A stretch of DNA of 63,671 nucleotides, the filler included, from Choristocarpus tenellus KU-1152 (taxonomy: Eukaryota; Protista; Phaeophyceae), in assembly GCA_964200185.2 (NCBI GenBank). It is 9 parts of 9 records of this genome, joined end to end, with 100 filler letters (N's around TTAATTAATTAA, not from the genome) between each part and the next. Parts side by side here need not be neighbours in the genome. Positions count along the whole stretch, not along the records: positions 10,547 to 24,069 come from CAXNAD020001462.1; positions 24,170 to 35,370 come from CAXNAD020002455.1; 7 more parts are not named here. One strand, given 5' to 3'. The notes beneath the pieces are model-generated. The model was not told the origin of the DNA and searched no databases. It worked only from the letters and a program-made list of their open reading frames with translations. Shown here piece by piece: positions 14,740 to 27,600 of the stretch (its first letter is position 1; each line of letters starts with the position of its first letter). Made by a program: the position numbers and the translations under genes.

Positions 14740-17186
14740 TTAGCTCTGCTCTTCATCACTCTTCATGGTAGCAGCCAGCTCTTCATCAATGTCAACATCT
14801 GCAAAGTCCTTAAAGGCATTGTCGGTGGCACCTTTGATCAATCGGTACCGGTCATAGGTCACATCGGTGTCAGCAGACACACGCATTTGTCGCCCTTCAC
14901 CTGGACGCAGGAAATATCTGCAACAGGACAGGAGGATAATGGAGGCAGACCTAAATTTGGGGCAGGTGTTACTGCATGCAAACACATCGATGAGAGTTGT
15001 ACGTAGGGGACAATATTACACTGATAAAACGGACACACATATCGGTTTTTATGAACCATCCAGGATGAAGGCCAATCTTTACAAACTGTGTCCCTATTAC
15101 ATCGTTTGAGTCTGACAGCTGCAGACTAAAACACGGCTAAATGCATAAACCCTGTCACAATGACCAGGGTCGTGAATAACTGTTACACAACATTTCAGAG
15201 GTGTGATTGTCAACTGTAACATCACGATAGCATTTTACGCTGTGATTGATAGCAAGAAAGAACCTACTTGGACACATGCATAGCCCACATGAAGAGGTAC
15301 ATAGGCACTCAATACATAAAGCAGATTTTTGGTAGGGACCTTGAGGACAAGATCATTTGATATCAAGACAGAGCTGCGCCATATGCATCGCTGACAATGA
15401 AATGTCCTGACCAGCCCTTTGTCCTTGAGGAAGCTGGAGATCACCACTTCAAATACCAATTCCAATACTATTCTTCAAATCAAGCACGGGTATTAGTCCA
15501 TACTTGATGGAGTTGGATTGTTGACAACCAGGTTCTTCACGATGTTCAGAAAGGCTTTGTTGATTAGAGTGATTTTCTTGCTTATTGTAGCGGTTCTGCA
15601 TATAACCAAAGTAGGACAATATACATCAACAACAAAAGAGTGCACTATATATACTTCACTCTATAAACCGTTCCAAGCATGAGGACCACCAACACACCTG
15701 CTGTGCTTGCCAAGTTCTTCACCCAATGCGTAGGTCTGCAGGACAGAAAGACAGTCCGAATCGGAAGAAACAAGTATGATGTCCTCGCCGAGGTATTGCG
15801 TCTCCAACTTGCTCATAAGCTGGAGGCGTGTGAGTGCATATTTTACTCGGTAAGTTGTTTTACGTTTGTTAAATGCTCACATTAATAGGTTAAGAGGATG
15901 GCGGGGCTAAGGGCGCCACTAGAGTGGCACATAAGCAGGTGGTAACCAATAACCACGAAAAAGAAGCATGTTGCTTGTAGTGGCTGTCTACCCTTATTAC
16001 TTTTAAAAAGTCGTCAACACAAATCTCTAGACTGTAATATTTCGTAGGCCATGCTGCCACACCCTAGACATGACGCCACCCAGCTATGGAAGGAAACGAA
16101 GGGGTCTCTGATCATTTTGGGATATAGAATGGGTAGAAATGAACACAGCCATAGAAGACGAATCCACACATACATGCATACACACACACCTGTCTCACAC
16201 GCACAAAGACATCGCTGACGCTCTCGTGCGGAGTGCCATTTGTGTTCGGAGGGGGCCGCCAAGTGCTGTTCTTCGAATCTGCAAGGTACACTGATGGAAG
16301 CACAGCAGCACTGTCCCTGCCGTCCAGAATACCCATTCCTCGTGGGTCTAGAAAGGAATACTCAGGTACTAGTCGGTCCTGTCGTACACCAAGCTGCCGG
16401 GCGATGATGCGAGCTGTTCCCTGGGCACGCGAGGATATGTCCGCCCAAATAAAGCACTCTCCGACTCCAAGCGATTCCAACACTCCGGCGGCTCGTAAGG
16501 CCTGCTCATATCCCAAGGGTGTGTGTATGCATACACCATATTGGTACCAATATTGTTGGTACCCCATATCGTGGGGAAGAACAGGACATGCTAAGCTCGA
16601 AAGGAGATCGAAATCAACGAGTCGACAACTCTGGCATTATTTAGATTGCTACGGCAATTTCGTCGGTTTGGGGCTGGAGAGAAGTTAATCGGGCTGTTAG
16701 TGGTGCTGGCTGGTATCTTGACCGATTTCCAACAGAAAGATAGTGTGATGGTCATATTTCGCAGTTTTCTTTGCCTGATCATAAAGAAAAATATTTCACC
16801 TCTTTAACTCCTGCCTCAGTGAGCCCATTATCCTCTTCATTAAGTTTGTCGATCGGGTGCGACTGAATAATGCCCCGCTGATCAGAACCACTCTCGCCAG
16901 CACGAACTAAGAAGTAGCGATTGTTAAGTCGCCTAGGTGGATAGTCGAGAAGTCCGGTCGCACCTGCAAGTTCCGGGAATAGAAATCCACTCAGACCGGA
17001 AACAAGCAGTGCTGATGAGGCTAGAAAATCCCCACGGCTGATCATCCCAGAACCATCCTGTTGAATACGCCGCATGCCCATTCGAGGTGTGCAATTGACC
17101 TGAAAGCCACATGTTAGTATCATGCAGTTCGATAGAAGCATTACCAGGCCACATGAGGTGATAACGAGAGCACCCCGGAGGTGCAT
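14740..17186 (-). CDS. Plastid-targeted histidine-phosphatase/phosphoglycerate-mutase-like protein (resembles plant At5g62840 type), complete, 4 exons
   Basis: Exons 17186-16800, 16501-16190, 15819-15698, 14917-14740, GT-AG and phase-consistent. Motifs PPRRLNNRYFLVRAGES, GLTEAG, VPEYSFLDPRGMG, PPPNTNGTPHESVSDVFVRVRQLMSKLETQYLGEDIILVSSDSDCLSVLQ, PGE. Signal peptide + TCGF, then SRGDFL-hydrophobic-AGA lumen-type signal. Confidence 0.92.
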
Positions 17187-17626
17187 ACTGGCTCCACCAG
17201 TAAGAAAAGGGTCTACCTAACGAGAATCAGTATAACACTAACCTAAACATCAATGTGGAGAAGGTGGAAGGGTAGGTAGACAAAGAGGATGACATGGTCA
17301 AGATAAGATGGATTGGCTCACGCTTATTGGTCAATGGCAGATGATTCAACACATACAACAAGAACTCAATACGAAGATACGGCAATTATCGTATGGAGAT
17401 CTGACTTGGTACGAATTGATGGTTAGTTTTGAGAAGTTAAGACGATTATTATGTAAACCATTTTAATGGCTTTAACTGTTTATCTCCTTGAATCAAAAAT
17501 CTTCTTCCATACAAAAGAGAATGACGCCATGGCCGTCCGACCGACCAGACACAAGAAATTGAGTTGATCTTCCTGCTCAACGACACCTACGCACGATCTC
17601 GAGCAGCCCCTAATGCGTTAGAGGTA

Positions 17627-17660
17627 CGGAGTGTTCGAGACACTCATCCTGAACACTCCG
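17627..17660. promoter_or_regulatory. Perfect 10-bp inverted repeat in a divergent promoter
   Basis: CGGAGTGTTC-N14-GAACACTCCG between ATG 17186 (-) and ATG 17781 (+); function inferred. Confidence 0.35.
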
Positions 17661-17780
17661 GCCTAGAGATACCTCTTTGTATCTAGAGTTCTGCCAGATC
17701 CTCTCAAGTAGGGGTTACAAGTTTTGGAGAAAAAATAGGTGTACCAGGTTTTTTGGACAAGTGTGTCAACAATCATAATC

Positions 17781-20700
17781 ATGGCAAGGGGTGGGGTTTT
17801 GATAGTGGCAGCAACCCTTCTGAGTTGCTCATCAGTGAATGCGTTCCACGTGCGACCAGGGTTGAGTACGGGAAGGGGAACGGGACTGGGACATGTGGTT
17901 ACACCAGGACGACCAGGTAGGTTAGCAGAATGACTAGAGATGTAGGGTGTGTCCACCTTCCCATCCACTGTAAGATCCATTAACACCTGGAACACTACTG
18001 TTGATGTCATTCAATATGAGACTGTGCATCCTTGCCAGTCATTGTAACCTCAAGAGTTACGCGACTTGGGCAATATTCTTCCAAGTCCGTCTTCATTGAG
18101 TTTCGGTGTATACATCTTTGTAGATAGTTTTTCTCGTCTCCTTGCCCGAAGCTTCCACGTTTGTTGCGAAGTTTCCTTTACTCCCAGAAACAGCAATCAA
18201 GGAGTTTTAGTATTATGCCAGTTTCGCTGGTAATCGGAAGTCCCGAGCCGTCTTAGAGTTATTCTAATATTTTTATCTGACACAACTTCTCCACCTTCCC
18301 AGTAACGCGAGACACACAGCTCAAGATGGTAGTCACAACGCGGAATGAGCGAACTGATAAAGGTAGGGTGGCTACTGTCAACACGCGTGTGAGCACCACG
18401 ATCCCAAACGCGGATGGAGCTGCGGTGCTCGACTCGTGGCAATTCAAAGTGCTGGACTTCCTTTTCGCCATCCCCTGGTTCAATGCATTGCTATTTGGTG
18501 TCTACCGAAAGCAGATGGTGACCAAGGCGGAGGGAATGGGAATTAAATGGACAGCATTTTTAGACGACCTAAACCGGAACAAGCAGAGTCTATTGTGAGT
18601 GTCCCTAATTTCGGTCCTTTGTTGCCCTGTACAGGGCAGTGGCACTTCGAATCACTGTTGTCTTTTCTCAATACACCAAATAAAACTAAAATAGGAGCGT
18701 TTACGGCAACCCCTCCCCCATCCTTTTTGAAAATGTGCGCTCTTCTCTGTTTATATTACAATTCTTCATTCAGGGACATTCAAGAAAAGATTGCCGACAA
18801 GGCTCTGGATATTCCGCAGTATTATTTTGCCCCAATCCATGCCTATGCTGATGGAAATCTATGCTGGGACAGCGCCATGGAAGAGGACCTCTGGAGCAAG
18901 CTTATGATTGCCCCACTTTACAACAATTCTGTCCATGGTGACATCATGATGCGACGGGACTGGATCGAGACTTGTCAGAAGTACATTGGAGTGGATGAAG
19001 TCAAGAACTTCATTGATCTGGTGAGCTATAGAGTGGGTGTGTGTGTAGAAAGTACATGAAATTTCAAAGCTTGCTCTGAGGAAAAAGACTTTTTGAGAGT
19101 TCATGATTGTTAAATTTCTGTATTTAGAGGTCCAAAATGTTATTCCTTTTACTGCATTTATATTTTCTTTGCCTTGGATTAAGGTTATTAAATTACGAGA
19201 GATAACACACCTGTCGAGTTTTGTTCCATGTTTGTGTGTGTGAGAAGGAAATGCAAGACGATCTGTTGGAGAAAGTTATTGAACTCTTCTACAACTAATG
19301 GATTAGTTTCTTGTGGAAGAGCTTGGTACAACTTGTGTGCCAGAGATATTCTCTCGCGCTTTTTGTATTTATGCACCCTGATAATTTGGTGAGCTTGTGT
19401 CGGGTGTGTGTGTTTCATCAATGGTGCTGCAATTGTCTGTAACAGTGCCCAGCTTTTGAATGCTCACATCCAACTACATGCCCACCAGTGTTACACAGGT
19501 GAGGGCTGAAGGCAATTTCAAATGATAACTTTTGTAATGTGGTGTGTTTCATGTGGCTAAATCCTATTGCATACAACCCTGTTTGCGGTGTTAATTTTTC
19601 ATATCCTTTGTTTTTGCTGTTGTTCTATTAGAATGAAGAATTTCTTTTGTGCATAGCATGTTCAGGATGAATATTTGTGCTAATATATTGTACATTTCAT
19701 CAGTTGAAGATACAAGTTCCCTCCATCGATATCTGACTGCACTTAGTTGTGTGCATGTTGACATTGTGTTGTGTTGCAAGCCCTCAGGTAGAGCCCTTCA
19801 ATGATAGCACTGTTGAGTTGTCTGAACATATCACCCCTTGTAATATCGCTGGTTGATGTTGCTTGGTAGGGTTGTGGAACAGGCCTTTCCATGTACATGG
19901 CCCAGACAGCTTGGTCGAAGGCAGATGTGCTCGGGGTGGACTTGTCAACATACAAGCTTGCAATATCTGAGCTGAAGCTTAATAAGAAACCAGAAGCAGT
20001 CAGGTCTAAGGTGAGATAGTAAGAGATGGTAAGGTTGTGAGAACAGGTGTTGAGGAAAGTCCTGGTGGTGATTGAAACTTGTTCTAATTTGTTTTGTAAA
20101 AAGTTCTTTTTTTCAATCCTCTGACTTGGGATAGAAATGTGGGAGAATATTTGTTATTCATGTGCATCAATTTGAAATTAGGCTGGGACGAATGTTGTTA
20201 GTAGAGGTGGAAAGGAGGGACGTGTGTTCTCTTTTATTGAGGGATATGTTGATGGAATAGTTGTTTCAGATGATGTTGAAGACTGTTCAGAGGCATGTGA
20301 TATGCTCAGAGGTCCAAAAGAGATGCAGGTAAGATGGAAAGATGTAGATGATGAGGGTTGTACATGTTATCCACAGGTTTTGTGTTTAGATGATGTTAAG
20401 GTCTACTGCATATGCACATCGTGATGGAAATAAGTTGATACTTGTGGATTATAGGGGTATCATTTCTTGGATTTTCTCAGTAGCATTGGCTTTTGCTCAT
20501 CGGTAAATGTAGGTTTGTTTTTTGGAACTATGCACTCCTGTGAAATATAGGAAAACACACTCCACTTAACAAAGACGCATTTGATCCTATCTGAAGTGTT
20601 TGTGGTATTGAGTGCAAAACATCCATAGTTGTAGATTATTTGCCTCTTTATCCTTGAAGACGGCATGCTAGTTGTTCGTCATCCATGCTACAGGCATAGT

Positions 20701-21957
20701 GAGTATGAGCTCCCCTCTTCTTTGCTTGTGTGGATTTTTTTTCTTGATTGGGGCTGGGGGCAAAGGTTTTGGATGCAGTTGGTGAAAATGTGCAGAACCA
20801 ACTTTTTGCCTCGAATAATACTTGAGGCAAGTTTGATCTTGGTGAAACAAGTTGGTGGGTGTGATTGTGGTAATAAATGGTAATCACGTTGTTTGTATGC
20901 CAATTTGATGTACTTAATGTTGGCTGGTATCCATTTCAAAGTTGATATCATGGTAAAATACACATTACCAGAACCCTCTTTTATCTGTTGGTTTTGAACA
21001 TGGTGAAAATACTGGTATCTCAGTAGAAATTGTTGCGAGTGAATTTTTCTGTCTCACATTTATACTTCCACATTTTGATATCATAAAATATTTTGTTTTC
21101 CCATGTTGTAGGTCGAGTTGCGGCATGCTGCTGCAGAGGATACGGGAGAACCAGCAAACAAGTATGACCTGGCCACCATTTGCCTGGTGAACCATGAATC
21201 ACCGGAGTGGGTTTCAAAAGCCATGTTCAAGGAGGCGTACAGAGTTTTGCGACCTGGAGGTGTCTTCACCATCCTTGACCTGGACAAGAATAACCTGGCC
21301 ATTTTGCTTGAAAACCCCTTCGTTGCTGCGGTTTACAAGCAGGTGAGTTTGAAAAGCAGTAGAGTTTGTGTTACATTCATTTTGAACTGAAATGAATAAA
21401 AAGGGCTTTCAACGGGACAAGAAATAGTAGCTTCACCGTCAATAAATATTTTTTGTAATCTTGTTTGGCATTTATTTTCTCCTAAGTGTGAAGGCACATC
21501 AATCCTCAGTTGACCGTGTATTGCAGTTCGTTCCAAGTTGATTGTTTTCATAGACTTGAGTCTGGTCATCAAACCATGTGCATGCTTGTATGTATTAGAG
21601 ACTCCCTAGTAGTATTGCTTTCTTACTCAGGCTGTGTGGCACTATGGCATTGTTCAGATATCCAACGCATAACACCTGTCAGTAGGAAGGATATAATTTT
21701 GTAGACAGTCTGTAGATGCAGAACTCTAGAATTGACCCCAACCATTGTTTCATCTCCCCACTGGTGGTTGGCATTTTCTAACAGTCTAATTCTCCCTCGT
21801 CCCTACCATTTTTTTTTTGTTGTGACAGACTGAGCCGTATATGCCAGAGTACATGAACCTGAACATGGTTGATGCTTTGGAGGAGCAGGGGTTCGAATTG
21901 TTGGAGGTTCGAAACACTTCACCATCACACATTGCTATTGTAGCCCGAAAAGTTTGA
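17781..21957 (+). CDS. Plastid-targeted class I SAM-dependent methyltransferase (Methyltransf_11/UbiE-like, cyanobacterial-type), complete, 6 exons
   Basis: Exons 17781-17916, 18303-18594, 18774-19020, 19870-20010, 21112-21342, 21829-21957, all GT-AG and in phase. Signal peptide + VNAF; PQYYFAPIHAYADGNLCW, motif I IDLGCGTG, GVDLS, HAAAEDTG, HESP, EAYRVLRPGG, TEPYMPEY. Confidence 0.93.
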
Positions 21958-23586
21958 GAGATTCATTTGGACGAGGAAAAGCAACAGTGAGAATAGATAA
22001 TCAGGAACATGCACTTGCACACCTTGTGGAACCCTCCCCTGGGGTTGGGAGGTGTTGCTGTTGTAGGCGTTTGCAGGGAGGTGGTAAAAGGTTAATATCA
22101 AAGAAGACACTCTTTTGCACTGAGCTTTGTTGAAAGGGATTTTCAAAACTTGGTTCTTCTGCCCGTTACGCTGGCACTCTCTATATTCCCCCGTGCCTGG
22201 CCAATTCCCACCAGTCTGTGTCACCTTTTTAACCTTGCAGGTTTCTTTGCAGTGTACTTAAGTACGTTAAAGTTCACGTGCTTCTGTGCATGTAATAATG
22301 GGGTTGATTTTTTGCCGGCGTTGTTGGACTGAATGTTCTCATGCATATGTGCAAGGTTCTGTGTGCGTGGTTTTACCCTTGGGTCTTGCACTCCCCTTTC
22401 CAGTGCTCTATCTTATCTCGAAGGCTCCCCCTGTCATGTTTGATTGCTCATTTTTGTCGTTTTTTTGTATGGACAAGAATGGTATCGTTAGGTCTGCCAA
22501 CCGCTCTTGTATGGATAGGGTAGGTAGGACTTCCCAGGTGCCAATTTGTGTCCACGGGGTTTCCTTAAATTGCTTTGTCTCAGTGATGACTCCTCTTCAC
22601 ATATGTTGCGGTTACTATCTTTGGTGGGGGACACACAGTGGTGCACAGCCTCTAAACACATAGACCCGGATCACTGCTAGGGAAGAAAGAGTGTGATTCC
22701 TGGACTAGTGCTGCTTGAATATTTGTTTTTTGTAGGGGGATATAGGTAGAAGTGGGAGGGGGAGGGAGGGAAGGTTAGATGTAGCATTGATTAATAAAGA
22801 ACGTGTCATATATTGTGAATGGCAGAGCAAAGAGAGAATGTGCTCAAAGGGATCTGGAATCTGGTTGATGTCTTTGAGTTGCCTTGCTAACTGTCAGTGT
22901 CTACAGATTAAAATCTGTTGCATGTGGCAGTATTGGGGTCTCTTACGCATTGTTATCTGCCTCTCTGCATTTGTTGCAAAATATTACTCCCTAGGTTACA
23001 GTTGTAACATGTGGCATAGAGATTTGTTTTATAAGGTGTTGGTGTATGCAGAGGAGATTTGTTAAGAAAGGAGTTACAGGTTGTAGGGGCAGCAGACTTG
23101 GCATGTTTCATTGTGAAAGGTGGCTACGTGACTGCTTACTATAACAAAATACGGATGGACTGAATGTTTCTAGTACCTGAATCCTTGCAGGGTCATGGAC
23201 CAAAACTGCAGCGTACCTTCATGACTGAAGATGATCTCTTTGGTGAACATGTGAAAATGCACTTACCCACAGACCAGACCTTTCGCATTTCAAAAATCAG
23301 AACGAGTTGAAGGTTCTGGAAGTTAACAGTCAAAGCATGTGTTGCATTGGATGAGCTTGTGAACGTTAGAATATGGAATGTAGTGTTATGTTGGCAGAAT
23401 ATGTGCTGGCCCGGAGTCAGATTAAGTACAATATTTTATACATGGAGCATCAGTCTGAGAGGTCGTAAGTTGACAATCAAAACGGAAGTCAGAGGGAGGA
23501 ATTGTACAATTCAATAAAAGTAGTAACTTAGATAAGGAGATAGTGGAAGGGTAAAGAAAGATGAAGCACTTTGCAGTGAAATGAAA

Positions 23587-23839
23587 GAGTCAAAAGCACT
23601 CGAGAGGGTAAGAGTTTTGCCCTGTCTGTCCGGGCCTTGGCTTCCCCACAGAGATCTTATTCCCTTTTTTGTTTATGGTGTGAAGAGTTTTCTAAAATGT
23701 GAATGACTACGAAAGGTACGTTTGGAGGAAGGATATTGACACTTGCTAACAAAAGTGCTACCCAACATATATCAAAATCGCAACATTGGATTTATGACCC
23801 CTAACGGATGCGGCCTTACCCTCTTAAATACTCAGAAGA
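23587..23839 (-). mobile_element. MITE family A, old degenerate copy
   Basis: GAGTCAAAAGCACTCGAGAGGGTAAGAGTTTTGCCCTG...TACCCTCTTAAATACT; interior alignable to intact copies; right end eroded. Confidence 0.8.
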
Positions 23840-24024
23840 TATCAAGGTGAAAGGGATGTCGTGTAACCCTATTCATCCATGTCCTGAAGATTTTATAGGC
23901 AAAAGGAACCAAAACAAGGAAAATAAAGTCAATATGTCAGTCGATTGATCACCCCCACATCAGAAGGTAAACCCTAAAATAACTTGAGCAAAGGAAAAGA
24001 GGTATTGGAGAGGAAATTGGAAGG

Positions 24025-24069
24025 CTTTTCCTGATTTTGGTCCAAATGGACACCCTGGTCTAGACCCCC
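24025..24069. mobile_element. MITE family B fragment at contig end
   Basis: CTTTTCCTGATTTTGGTCCAAATGGACACCCTGGTCTAGACCCCC. Confidence 0.85.
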
Positions 24070-24169
24070 NNNNNNNNNNNNNNNNNNNNNNNNNNNNNNN
24101 NNNNNNNNNNNNNTTAATTAATTAANNNNNNNNNNNNNNNNNNNNNNNNNNNNNNNNNNNNNNNNNNNN
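24070..24169. other. Artificial contig linker
   Basis: N44-TTAATTAATTAA-N44. Confidence 0.99.
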
Positions 24170-24671
24170 GGGGTTGGGGGGTTGGGGTGGGGGGGTGCGG
24201 GGGGGGGGGTGGGGTTCGTGTCCCTATTTTGGTACAGCTCTTGTTTCTATTTCACTTTCCTCATGGAGATATGATGTGTTGCACAATTGCAACGAATTGG
24301 TGGCAAAACAAACAAGAGAGTTTTTGTTGTTATTGATGGGATACGGGATTTGCTTCTTAGTTGAGAGCGTACGCTCTTTGCTCTTTACTCTATACTCTAT
24401 TACTCTGTATTGGTGTAATCCTGGTTGTCGATTATTGACGGGTGTATTTGATTTGATTGTTGCGCCTCCCAGCTTTCGATTTGCTCCTTTTACCGCTCTC
24501 AGTAATAGCGAGTTTTTTTTTTTTTTCTAATAGGGTGTGCATATGCACGCTTTTTTTGGTGAACATTTCTAGAGTGAGTGAGTCATCTTGTGCTTAGGTA
24601 CGAACAGTTCGTTTTTTTTTTCCTTCTCAAGTCTTAGTTCGGAAGGTTGTTCGTGGCCGTTTTGGACTCAC

Positions 24672-27600
24672 CTTTCGCAACTGAAGGATCGAGAACGAAA
24701 AAGAAAAGATGTAAATGTTTTTTTTTTTTAGGTGTGATCTTAGCATCCCCTCAATGGTATGTATGTAAGAGGAGGTGATGGCACAAATCGGTTGTTGTAT
24801 AGGGTTCATTTCGGCACAGGATGACTACTCTAGGTTTTCCTTTTGGAGTTGACATTGCCCAAAGATACAATCTGCAATCCCTGGAAGTTTCAAGGCCTGG
24901 CGTGTGTCACAGCCTATTCAACCTAGCTAAAGATAGAGTGGTTTAGGGTCAACAACCGATTTGTGTGTCAACATGGTGTGTGTCAGCATTCCCTTCTTGT
25001 TGTGACTGTGCAATATAGGCTAGGAAGTCTATAAGGAGTTACATATATAGTGAACAGTGGAATACAACAGAAGTGTTGACCGAGTAGAGTAAAAAGATAC
25101 AGATCCTTCTCACAAATAGGATCAGTAGACCCCTCAGTTGACCCCTCACAACAGTCAAAAACCAAAAAAATACTGGAATCATTTCTCTTGGTCTTGTGCA
25201 TTTTTCACAGAAAGGGCACAAAAATGGAAATTTTTGTTCCATTGGATAGATGTGAACCAAAACATGAAAACGACAACCTTAGAACAATGGGGTGGTGGTG
25301 GTGTAGCCTATGCAATGCAAGTAAGGAATCGATTAAGCGGATACGATCAAGTCAACGCAATCTGTGAGTGTCCGTGATAGATTGGGATTGATCAGGTGCT
25401 GCTGTGCTGATTGTGGTCCGTGTTACTTCACAGCTCTGCAAGCGCCCGGGCTGTACCATATGATTTCCTCTTGGGCTCAATTCCCCGGTTGACTCACCTC
25501 AAGTTTCTTGGCGTTAGCAAGTGCTTTGTCTTCCCAGGAGGTGGCTTGCTCCTTGAGGTTGGCATGTGCGGTCTTGAGGTTTGAGAAATCCTTGAGTTGT
25601 GTCTCCTGGGCGTCAAGCCTGGGCAATAAAGAACACCCGACGAGGCTCTTTTATAGAAGGGCGGTGTTAAGGGCGTTGATCGTGCCAGCCTCTTTTATCT
25701 CTTTGGAGCTGTGTCAGTGATTCACTTATTCTCTTTAGAGTGAAATTATCTTAGAGGGAGGGTACGAGTTTTGCCCTGTTTATCCATTTGGGGCTTGGCT
25801 TCCCATGGTTATTTTTTAATGACATTTTCCTACTCCAAAATATTTTGAGCATGTAAAATTTGTATGTCATGAAAGGTGTCCAGAACAAGGATATTGACAT
25901 CTCCTAACAAACACAATGGCCAAAATGACGTCAAAATCACAACATTGAATTTTGGCCCCCAAATTGACGCGGCTCTATCCTCCAAGATACTTTGGCTCTT
26001 AACTACTGGTGCCTACACGGTGGTGTTGCATGAGGGATAATGTTGATAGGGGGAAATCATAGAAAAATGTTTTATACTGTGTTGGGTGCTGTATCATTTA
26101 CAGCTCGAGTTCTGCGACATATAACTGTGCTGAGATGATGAGCACATCTTCATGATATTTGTTAAAGTATAGCCTCCTAGAGCTGATCAGGATTCTACAT
26201 CTATTGAACAGCAGTTATGCCTTAGTGAGTGAGGTGCAAAAAGGTGAGGGTAGACTGGCTATTTTTTCTAGTTATTCACCCCTCTCTCTGCCCTTACCTG
26301 CGGTGCCTCTTGGCTGGAAGGTTATATAGGGGGGGAATGGCAACAAGTACTATTCTTCTTGAAGGGCCTACTTCAGGAGGAGTTACATGTACAAATGTGT
26401 AGCCTTAGATACCGACATTGCACCATACGATTGCTGTAGTCTAGTGGTGCAATGTATCAAACCATGTGTAATGGTACTAGATACTGACCACGAAGGGTCA
26501 CACATCGGAAGAGTGTCCCACCTCCAGCCTGAATCATCTATTTCCAGTGTTTGGTAAGGTGCTAATGTTTGTGGAGGACCTGACAAACAGATCTAACTGT
26601 AAGGGGTGCATTTCATTCATGGCAGCACCCTGTAGGATAAGCAAAAGGCCGCTTCGTCTGCTCTCGCATGTACCATAATTATGGCGAGCATTGCTGATTG
26701 GTAGACTGCTGTGTATCCTTCCATGCATAGGCTACAGCTACCACTGGTGATTCTTCACCATCAAGCAATAAGATTTCGAGAAAGTTCTAGTACCTGTGGC
26801 ACCAGCTAAGCTTCCTCCCATGGAAGCTATGTAACGACTACTGCTCCTATCTTCCATGACTGCTTTTCTTTGATAGGACTGAACTGTAACCCCTCTCTGA
26901 TCAGGATGTACCGACTTCTATTGATACTAAACTCCTTTCTACCAACAAGGCACATACTTTTTGATCATAGCGGATACAAAATCTGTAGTGCCGAAAAATC
27001 TGATACCATCTGAGTTCAATAACCTGTTCAAAGATCTCAAGGCAAGCAAGCTACTGTAGCATTTTGGGGCTTTGTCTGTGCTCTCCTCTACCAAACGCAA
27101 CTCAAGGACTAAGTGTGGCAATAGTGCCTCTTCTAGTTACTGAGCATCTGAAGGATGTTAAGCTGTCCTTGACGATCTGTTGTCCCACACGACTAGTTAT
27201 ATTATTGTTTATTAGCTTGTACCACAGTTGTGAAGAGAGTGAGATACCTGTACTAGGTGGGGCTCACCAATCCTAACATTGAATGACTCAGAATACCAAA
27301 TGACTCAACGCTTCTCTATTACCCGTCGGAAACCGACTCTAATAGTCCGTCGATTACTTCCGATCAAATGCCCCGACTAAACATCCCTAGTGTCCCGCAT
27401 TATCTTCTGTGCGTACATAAAATAATACTTCAAATCATATTATCATAAATAGTCAAGCATAATCTTGACAAAGGAGTGATTTAGTGACATGACACCCTTC
27501 AGAAAAATATGGTGCATGAAAGCATCCTTGTGCAGGAAAGAACAATCACGCCACACTACTTACACAGCAGAGATTTCCACTTGCTACACAATATCCGTGA

